A stretch of 64,000 bases of DNA from a virus: the IMG/VR virus record IMGVR_UViG_3300007609_001486, positions 18,511 to 82,510 of that record, one strand, 5' to 3'. The notes under the pieces are model-generated. The model made no database searches and had not been told where the DNA came from. It saw only the letters and a list, made by a program, of their open reading frames with translations. How positions within the stretch are numbered: the first letter of the stretch is position 1; every line of letters starts with the position of its first letter. Both the position numbers and the translations under genes were made by a program. Below, piece by piece: positions 49,475-56,947 of this stretch.

Positions 49475-50270
49475 TATGATCTATACCTATGGTCTTCCTA
49501 AATTCTTTTGTAAACGTGCAATCGATTCGTAATCCGTATTCTTGTTCTTTAGAACCTTCTCCGCCGTGCCAGTCTTGATCGTTCCAGAAAGCTGCATTAC
49601 AGTTTAGATAGTATTTGTTCTCATTTTCTGGATCCCATATGTAGAATCCGCGTTTAGTTCGATATCGAATATGTATAAATTCGTTGTTATGTGGAGAATA
49701 ACCTTGATTGTCACCGTTCTTACCATCAAGATCTCTGTGTTCAAATGCATGCCCGTTATGATCGCAATGAAAGAATATAACACGCCCGATACTGTCAATA
49801 ACATTTTCCTCAATAAGATTCTCTACCCATTTGACTACGCCTGGAAAATGTTCCTGTTCTTCGGTGGGGTTGCGTTCAGCATTGCGTTCGTCCCAACTAC
49901 CTTCTTCCCAAAGAAAATAGTATATGTAAGGATCGTTTGCACCCAACGCACCTTTGAGATATCTTGTAAATAAGTTCCTTTGACGATAATCTTTGAAGTC
50001 TTGAGGAAATATTGTTTGTCCATGTATTTTAATTGGGTCATTTTCCGGCAATGCTTGATATTCTGCAAATGCCTTATATATAGGCTTCCAGTTCAAAGTA
50101 TAACTCATATCATTTAAGTCAAAGCCTGGACTCATCCAAGTCCCTTCTTTGGCATATTCCCTCGCCAGTGCAAATCCTTTACATATTTCAGGATGAAGAT
50201 TTTTGAAACCCTCAATGTCGAGATGTGGATCTAAATTTATATACGGCCTACCGCCAATTCCTTTAAACAT
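49461..50270 (-). CDS. Fe(II)/2OG-type oxygenase-like protein
   Basis: GRVIFF...AFEHRD...WHGG...LRID. Start reassigned to ATG 50270. Confidence 0.55.
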   Translation of the reverse strand: MFKGIGGRPYINLDPHLDIEGFKNLHPEICKGFALAREYAKEGTWMSPGFDLNDMSYTLNWKPIYKAFAEYQALPENDPIKIHGQTIFPQDFKDYRQRNLFTRYLKGALGANDPYIYYFLWEEGSWDERNAERNPTEEQEHFPGVVKWVENLIEENVIDSIGRVIFFHCDHNGHAFEHRDLDGKNGDNQGYSPHNNEFIHIRYRTKRGFYIWDPENENKYYLNCNAAFWNDQDWHGGEGSKEQEYGLRIDCTFTKEFRKTIGIDHIEHY

Positions 50271-50275
50271 ATTAA

Positions 50276-50292
50276 TAGTTATCAAATAAGTA
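50276..50292. promoter_or_regulatory. Back-to-back late-like motifs: GATAACTA (- strand, 50276-50283) and AATAAGTA (+ strand, 50285-50292)
   Basis: 5 nt and 4 nt before ATG 50270 (-) and ATG 50297 (+). No SD sequences. Confidence 0.45.
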
Positions 50293-50296
50293 CCAT

Positions 50297-50992
50297 ATGC
50301 AAAATAACTTTGAATATTATTACAATAACGTGCCAGGTGAAGGTAAATGTAGAAATAATCTTATCTATACAAGCCTTATCAATAACAAACAAAACAAATT
50401 TATACAATGGTACTACAATGACTCTGAATATCACCAAGGAAAAAATGAAGTTGTTGATCCTGAATTAATGGAATCAAAATGGAATAGAGAAATAAACAAT
50501 TTAATGTACATAGACAGAGAAGGGTATGGAAATTATCTTCCTAGTTTTGAAATTGACCGAGACCAAAAGCAGATAATTTTAGATATACAAGGTCCAGATT
50601 TTTGGGAACAAAGTGGATGTCTTACTGAAAACTTTGACAAGATTCTGCCAGACTGGCAGGAGCAAATGCTCGAAATATTTAAAATGCATAAAGATTTAGG
50701 AATTTATAAATTTAGTTTGCATCCAAGTAGCTATTTTATTATAAACAATGAATTAAAAAGTATAAATTATTTTTTTGCTTATCACGAAAATGAAGAAAAA
50801 ATAAACGTGAGAAGCCATTTGTCACATATTAGCTCTAAGCGCAGAGAAAAGTTATTCCCTCAAATGGAAGCCATGGGCATAGATTTAGATGAACCACAAG
50901 AATGGGTGCCGTTGCAAATTTTGTGCTTTGAAAGCTTTTCAAATAACTATTCAAAAGATTTTATTAACAAGGCAAAAGCATTGTATGTATAA
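50297..50992 (+). CDS. Protein kinase-like fold protein (degenerate catalytic motifs)
   Basis: REINNL...LPDWQEQM...IYKFSLHPSSYFI...LKSINYF. Confidence 0.4.
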   Translation: MQNNFEYYYNNVPGEGKCRNNLIYTSLINNKQNKFIQWYYNDSEYHQGKNEVVDPELMESKWNREINNLMYIDREGYGNYLPSFEIDRDQKQIILDIQGPDFWEQSGCLTENFDKILPDWQEQMLEIFKMHKDLGIYKFSLHPSSYFIINNELKSINYFFAYHENEEKINVRSHLSHISSKRREKLFPQMEAMGIDLDEPQEWVPLQILCFESFSNNYSKDFINKAKALYV

Positions 50993-51539
50993 AGTTGTGC
51001 CTTTTTCAGATGATCTAGATCTAGAATTATTCTACAAGAAAGCCAAAGAAAAAGGATTCGAAAATAATTCAACTAAACATATGTTAGTTGACTGTTTTAA
51101 AAATGAAAGAAAATCCCAGACTTGGATACTTTACTACGATAATAGTCCTATCGGATCTGTGGCAGCCCATTCATTTGACGAAATGGGGAAAAATTGCTAT
51201 AGAATAGCGGCCAGAACCTGTGCTTTTACAGATGAAATACCTACTCCTACGTTAAGAACAAGAAATCAAATAGTAACGCAACAGCACGTAACAGGACAAT
51301 TCCTTATACCTGCTTGTATTGAATGGGCAGGCAGGAAAAATAATCTTTATATTACTTCAAATAATCTTGAAGGCGGCAGTCAGCGTCTGGTACATACAGT
51401 ATATTTTCCAGCAATGGTAAAAACGGGGCAAGCTGAACATATTTGTGATATGTTATACAGAGGTGTTATGCAAAGCGTATGGAAACTAAATGTCGATAAG
51501 TACTATGAAGTATTAGGAAAAAATCCAAGATGGCAATAA
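50985..51539 (+). CDS. GNAT-like acyltransferase
   Basis: 'WILYYDNSPIGSVA...YRIAAR...LIPACIEWA...LYIT.N' fits GNAT topology. Start reassigned to ATG 50985. Confidence 0.5.
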   Translation: MYKVVPFSDDLDLELFYKKAKEKGFENNSTKHMLVDCFKNERKSQTWILYYDNSPIGSVAAHSFDEMGKNCYRIAARTCAFTDEIPTPTLRTRNQIVTQQHVTGQFLIPACIEWAGRKNNLYITSNNLEGGSQRLVHTVYFPAMVKTGQAEHICDMLYRGVMQSVWKLNVDKYYEVLGKNPRWQ

Positions 51540-52666
51540 TTAAACAAATAACAAAGTTTTTACAATCATTTAAAGATAGAAAGTTGAAAGACACAGTAGC
51601 CCTTTGTGAAAATTGTTACAGACATTTGCCTGCTAGAACCTTTCAACGAGAGGACTCTATATGGTTATCAAAAGAATGTCCAGAGCACGGGTATAAAGAA
51701 TACATTATAGAAAAAGATGCGGATTTTTATCATAAGTTAGATTATGATACCCATGCTTATGATATTCCAGCAGGAATAATGGTCGAAGTTACAGACAAAT
51801 GTAATCTTAACTGTCCGCATTGTTATCATGAACCAGAAAATAAAACCACAGATAAACCAATTGATGATATATTAAAACAAATACAACAATGGCCTGACGG
51901 TGCAGGAAGCGTTATATTAGCAGGAGCCGAGCCTACTGTAAGAAAAGATTTGCCCGAATTGATATCCGAAATAAAGTCTTTGCAAGACCAATTAGGTCGA
52001 ACACATCAGGATATCAGCATTCTAACTAATGGTGTCAAATTCCATGATAAAAAATGGGTTAAACAAATTAAGGATGCAGGTTGCCGTGCGGTTATGATAG
52101 GATTAAATCATCCTTCATACCAGGGCGAAAAAGTTCATCAAAAGCAATTACAAGGTATAAGAAACTGCAAGGAAGCAGGTATCTTTGTTTATTATGTAGG
52201 GTATACGATAGAATCCTATGATCACTTACCATTTGTATTAAAAGAAATACAGGAATTGGGAGATACTGCATTTCAGTATAGGATTAGAGCAGGAAGCGAT
52301 ATTGGCAGAAATCCAGATGAACCTAGAGTTTTTCTCAGTGATAATGTTAAAGAAATTAAAGAATTAGTTGAGCAATACGGATGGGACTGGGAAAAAATTC
52401 CAGGGGATGATAACCTTTATCATTATATGGTAAACATAAATGGTATTACCCATAGGATTATTCAGTGGAGTGATGCCAAAACATTAGATCTCGAAGAAAT
52501 AAGATGTGGTCCCTGGTGTGACTTTGTCCCTGGCAAACCTATTTCAAATTTCTTACATCAAGTAATGTTGCGAGATTATGCTATAAATCAAAATAGAATA
52601 CTGTTTGATACAGTGCCTGAAAGATATACATTCAGAACAAGAGACCAAGTAAGGAAGGAACACTAA
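51530..52666 (+). CDS. Radical SAM protein with N-terminal rubredoxin-like CxxC...CPEHG domain (MJ0619/Tes-like N-terminus)
   Basis: LCENC...KECPEHG, then EVTDKCNLNCPHC, AGAEPT and TNG. Confidence 0.8.
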   Translation: MAIIKQITKFLQSFKDRKLKDTVALCENCYRHLPARTFQREDSIWLSKECPEHGYKEYIIEKDADFYHKLDYDTHAYDIPAGIMVEVTDKCNLNCPHCYHEPENKTTDKPIDDILKQIQQWPDGAGSVILAGAEPTVRKDLPELISEIKSLQDQLGRTHQDISILTNGVKFHDKKWVKQIKDAGCRAVMIGLNHPSYQGEKVHQKQLQGIRNCKEAGIFVYYVGYTIESYDHLPFVLKEIQELGDTAFQYRIRAGSDIGRNPDEPRVFLSDNVKEIKELVEQYGWDWEKIPGDDNLYHYMVNINGITHRIIQWSDAKTLDLEEIRCGPWCDFVPGKPISNFLHQVMLRDYAINQNRILFDTVPERYTFRTRDQVRKEH

Positions 52667-53016
52667 GCAGATCTTTTAAGAAATGTTTCTTGAATACTAG
52701 AAGGCTTGAAATAATTTTCGATAACGGAAACAACAATATCTTTATCGAAGTGTTTACAGCTGAAAATGTCAATGTATGCGCTTTTTTGTTTCGTAACAAA
52801 GTGTGCGGTAATATTACTGGTTGTTATCATTTGTAGTAAACTGTAGCCTTCATTATCAGATCCCTCAAGTAAATATTCTAATTGTATTTCCCCATGGGGT
52901 ATCATATCGATAGCTGTTAATAGCTCATCTACAAAGCTTTTTATTATGTTGTAATCAGAAATATTCTCACAATGAGAACAATCTAATATTAAGTGATATC
53001 CCCAATATTTTTCCAT
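52663..53016 (-). CDS. speD: S-adenosylmethionine decarboxylase proenzyme
   Basis: GYHLILD, GYS..Q.ITTSNITAH (pyruvoyl-forming Ser) and YIDIFSCK.FD. Start reassigned to ATG 53016. Confidence 0.8.
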   Translation of the reverse strand: MEKYWGYHLILDCSHCENISDYNIIKSFVDELLTAIDMIPHGEIQLEYLLEGSDNEGYSLLQMITTSNITAHFVTKQKSAYIDIFSCKHFDKDIVVSVIENYFKPSSIQETFLKRSA

Positions 53017-53684
53017 AATAGTTCCGCTAAACGTTGATGTGCATCTTCTCCATAGTGCAGCAATGGCATTTGTGTAAAGCCATTGCTTTCGCACCACTTT
53101 AAGTAGTTTCCTTGACCTTCGAAATCAAACATTCTTTGGTCAATAAATGTGGACATTGGTAAATGTATGATATCACAAGAGTATGCATAAGCAATACAAC
53201 TTACTTGTTTAAAAAAATGCTCTATGCTATTGTAAGGTCTGTGTATATATTTAAGATATACCTGGTTAAATGGATGATACATTCTAGATTTATCATATAA
53301 ATTTTCTATTGGACCAGTCCATTGGATTCCTGTCTGTACAAACAAATCGTTATCTCGGCCCAGAAACATTCCGTCGTCTGGGTAATAAAATTCTGCTCTA
53401 TCGCAGTCAGTATAACCAAAGAGTATGAGACAGTTATAATCTATTGCTTCTAATAATTTCCTAACGCTTCTCTGATTACTACCGCCTGAAAGCGCATAGT
53501 TTTCGCATAGCGTGTCTGTCAGTTTTCCTAGTATATTCGGAAATGCTAATTGCTTACCGTAGTTGTCGGCATCTTCTAGAGTGATTTTGCCGGCTAGATA
53601 ATCCTCAAAGATAGTAGCTGAGGACAATTCGCATCCTGCTACGTGACTGTCACCAAAAGCCAGTATTTTTTTATATGATTTCAT
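52989..53684 (-). CDS. SGNH/GDSL hydrolase-like protein
   Basis: ILAFGDSHVAG, NYALSGGSN and HYGEDAH. Confidence 0.7.
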   Translation of the reverse strand: MKSYKKILAFGDSHVAGCELSSATIFEDYLAGKITLEDADNYGKQLAFPNILGKLTDTLCENYALSGGSNQRSVRKLLEAIDYNCLILFGYTDCDRAEFYYPDDGMFLGRDNDLFVQTGIQWTGPIENLYDKSRMYHPFNQVYLKYIHRPYNSIEHFFKQVSCIAYAYSCDIIHLPMSTFIDQRMFDFEGQGNYLKWCESNGFTQMPLLHYGEDAHQRLAELLWKNIGDIT

Positions 53685-53690
53685 TAAATA
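53683..53690 (+). promoter_or_regulatory. Late-like motif ATTAAATA, 4 nt before ATG 53695
   Basis: TAAATA core, no SD. Confidence 0.4.
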
Positions 53691-53694
53691 ACAT

Positions 53695-55314
53695 ATGTTC
53701 CAAGTTGTATTATTTACCGATGCTCCTTATCCCCATCATCGGATTCGTGGTTATGGAGTCCACAGAATTGCTAGCGAAATAAGAGCCAACGGGTATACCT
53801 GTTTAGTAGTAGATTTTAGTTCTGCATTAACATTTGAAAAATATAAAGAATTAATAGATAATGCAGTTGGACCTCAAACTCTAATGATAGGGTTTTCTAC
53901 CACTTGGCTTCCTTATCGTCTTCCTAATCAAGAAGGATATACAAACGAGATTCCCGGACATCGCATCGGAGATGATAATAGATTATCCAGCGATAAAGTA
54001 GAAAAACATAACTGGAGGACCGAAAATATGGTTGCACAGTTTGGAAAAGCTGAAGTCGACGAATGGTTACTCTATCCCAAAAAACTCAATCCCAGCGTAA
54101 AGGTTGTTTTAGGAGGTGCAAAAACAGATTTTTATATGGATTTACCTCATGTCGATAATTTTATCTTCGGTATTGCTGAAACTATGACTATAGATTATCT
54201 TAACAGTTTAAGCGGAAAAGGACCTGCTAAGATTTTTAACAAGTATATTGATTATGATCGCAAAGCACACAGACCTACCTGGGATTTTAGAGAAAGTCAA
54301 ACACAATACACAGAATGGGATTTCATACAACCTCAAGAAACACTTAATCTAGAAGTAGGACGTGGTTGCCGTTTTAAATGTGCATTTTGTAACTTTCCGC
54401 TCATTGGCCAAAAAAACGTAAACGATTACTTAAAATATCCGGAAAATATCAAAGACGAATTGCAAAAAAATTACGAACTCTGGGGTACCACAAAATATTT
54501 TATTGTAGACGACACGTTTAATGATAGCACAGAAAAATTAGAAATGTTGTGTAAGGTTATGGACGAGTTACCATTTGATATAAAATTTTGGTGCTACACT
54601 CGTGTTGATTTATTAGCGGCCAAACCCGAACAAATAGAATTAATGAAACATCTAGGTGTAGCAGAAACCTTCTTCGGTTTAGAAACATTTAATGATAAAA
54701 GTTCTCGCACTATCGGTAAAGGAATGCCATCTAGCAAAAGAAAAGATACTTTATATAAAGCAAAAGAAATCTGGGGAGAACGTGTGTGGATGGAAGGCGG
54801 ATTTATGATAGGTCTACCCTATGAAACCAGACAAAGTTGGAGAGACACTGTTGATTGGTTAAAGCGAGATGATTGTCCCTTAGATATATTTACATGTTAT
54901 CCTTTGAATATTACAAAAAAGACCGAACGAAATCAATGGTTCCCCCTTAGTTGGTTTGATGAAAATTATGAAAAGTTTGGTTATTACTTTCCTATTGAAG
55001 ACAACACTCTTGATGGTCTACTATATTGGGAAAAACAAGACGACACCGATATAGGTAATTTTTTTGAAGCCGCAAACATAGCAGAAGAAACAACAAAAGA
55101 ATTACAACCCTATCAAAACATTAGACGCGGCGATTTCTATGTAAGTTCTTTTAATGATTATAGGTTTCGTGACCGAGAAAAAACATTAGACATGTCTGTT
55201 ATAGAATATAAAAAACTTATAGATGGTGTTGATTTTGAGCAATTGTACTATAATACAGTAACAAAGGATTATTTCGATAAATTATTTAATAAATTAAAGG
55301 GGAAAAATGTTTAA
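53695..55314 (+). CDS. Cobalamin-binding (class B) radical SAM protein
   Basis: B12-domain pattern (G...IAS.IR..GY...VVD, IGFSTT, VVLGG), RGCRFKCAFC, DDTF, GLET and MIGLPYET. Confidence 0.85.
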   Translation: MFQVVLFTDAPYPHHRIRGYGVHRIASEIRANGYTCLVVDFSSALTFEKYKELIDNAVGPQTLMIGFSTTWLPYRLPNQEGYTNEIPGHRIGDDNRLSSDKVEKHNWRTENMVAQFGKAEVDEWLLYPKKLNPSVKVVLGGAKTDFYMDLPHVDNFIFGIAETMTIDYLNSLSGKGPAKIFNKYIDYDRKAHRPTWDFRESQTQYTEWDFIQPQETLNLEVGRGCRFKCAFCNFPLIGQKNVNDYLKYPENIKDELQKNYELWGTTKYFIVDDTFNDSTEKLEMLCKVMDELPFDIKFWCYTRVDLLAAKPEQIELMKHLGVAETFFGLETFNDKSSRTIGKGMPSSKRKDTLYKAKEIWGERVWMEGGFMIGLPYETRQSWRDTVDWLKRDDCPLDIFTCYPLNITKKTERNQWFPLSWFDENYEKFGYYFPIEDNTLDGLLYWEKQDDTDIGNFFEAANIAEETTKELQPYQNIRRGDFYVSSFNDYRFRDREKTLDMSVIEYKKLIDGVDFEQLYYNTVTKDYFDKLFNKLKGKNV

Positions 55315-56947
55315 CGTAATATTATTTACAGACACTCCCGAAATGAATTCGCGGACAAGGGGTTACGGTGTTCACAGATTAGCTACGCATATAAGAAATG
55401 AAGGATATAGTTGTTTAGTGGTTGATTTTATGTCAGGTCTTACATTAAGCGATTACAAAAAAATTTGTGATTATGCTGTAGGAAACCAAACACTTATGAT
55501 AGGAGTATCACTAACATGGCTTCCTTATAGATTGGGATCTAATGAGTCAGGAGAAAATAAATTACAAACCCATGACCCCGGACGCGACATTCAAAACGGA
55601 ATTAAAGATAAGATTATAAACAAGGAATATGGGTATTTTTCAAATAAAATGAATTTGGCAATTTCAAATAATGATGTTGATCCTTGGTTCGACTATGTAA
55701 AGAAATTGAATCCAAATATAAAAATTTGCCTAGGTGGTTCTAAAATAGGAATGTATTTAGATATAAAAATGGTGGATCATTTTTTTGTAGGGTATTCTGA
55801 AACAATGTTAACTGATTATTTAGATAGTCTAAGCGGAAAGAAAGAGGGAATAATATGGAATAGAATTATTGACTATGATCCAAAAGCACAAAAACCAGTT
55901 TGGGATTTCACTTTAAGCCGAACGCAATACACAGAATTTGATTTAATTCAGTCTCAAGAGCCCCTATCATTAGAAGTAGGCCGAGGTTGCCGTTTTAAAT
56001 GTAAATTTTGCTCGTATCCTCTAATCGGAATGAAAAATATAAATTCTTATATAAAAAAATCGGATAATTTACGCGACGAACTTATTGATAACTATGAAAA
56101 ACACGGGACTACAAGGTATTTTATCATTGATGATACATTTAACGATAGCTTAGAAAAAGTAGAATATTTTTTAAACGTTGTAAAAAGCTTGCCGTTCAGA
56201 ATATATTATTGGTGTTATTTACGATTAGACTTGTTGGCGGCATTCCCTAAAATGATACCAATGTTGAAAGAATCAGGAATGATACAATGTTACTTTGGTA
56301 TAGAAACATTTAATGTAAAAGCTGGTAGATCTGTAGGGAAAGGTGGTAGACCAGATAAGCTGAAAGAAACCCTATATAAATGTAAAGAAATTTGGGGAGG
56401 AGAAGTTAGCATTCAGGCCGGCTTTATCGTAGGATTGCCTCACGAAGATTCGGAATCAATAATGAATACTGCTATGTGGTTAGCACGGCCAGATTGTCCA
56501 ATAGATATTAAATGGATTGTCCCTTTGAGTATTGGCGGTCCTAGTGAAGTAATGAAATATACATACACAAGTGAGTTCGACAGGAATTTTGAAAAATATG
56601 GATACAGCTTTCCTAATCCCGCCGAATTTTGGAAGTGGCAAAAACAAGATGGAACAGATATTACGTCAAGTGAAATTGCTGAAGATATATCGAAAAAAGC
56701 AGAGACTTTTTTGCAAAACAAGACATTTACAAAGGACTTAAATACTGCTAGTTTACCCCATCATGTATTATCTGATATAGAACTCACTGGATCAATGACT
56801 GCGGAAGATTATACACGCATAGTGCAAACAATTGATATACCTGAACTCTATCAAAGATCAGTCAAGATAGATTATTTTACAGAATTAATTGAAAAATTAC
56901 GCATAAAGCGGAATATATTTAGTAGTTCCGTTGACAGAGACTTCTAA
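55307..56947 (+). CDS. Cobalamin-binding (class B) radical SAM protein, tandem paralogue
   Basis: Same architecture: RGCRFKCKFC, DDTF, GIET and IVGLPHED. Confidence 0.85.
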   Translation: MFNVILFTDTPEMNSRTRGYGVHRLATHIRNEGYSCLVVDFMSGLTLSDYKKICDYAVGNQTLMIGVSLTWLPYRLGSNESGENKLQTHDPGRDIQNGIKDKIINKEYGYFSNKMNLAISNNDVDPWFDYVKKLNPNIKICLGGSKIGMYLDIKMVDHFFVGYSETMLTDYLDSLSGKKEGIIWNRIIDYDPKAQKPVWDFTLSRTQYTEFDLIQSQEPLSLEVGRGCRFKCKFCSYPLIGMKNINSYIKKSDNLRDELIDNYEKHGTTRYFIIDDTFNDSLEKVEYFLNVVKSLPFRIYYWCYLRLDLLAAFPKMIPMLKESGMIQCYFGIETFNVKAGRSVGKGGRPDKLKETLYKCKEIWGGEVSIQAGFIVGLPHEDSESIMNTAMWLARPDCPIDIKWIVPLSIGGPSEVMKYTYTSEFDRNFEKYGYSFPNPAEFWKWQKQDGTDITSSEIAEDISKKAETFLQNKTFTKDLNTASLPHHVLSDIELTGSMTAEDYTRIVQTIDIPELYQRSVKIDYFTELIEKLRIKRNIFSSSVDRDF

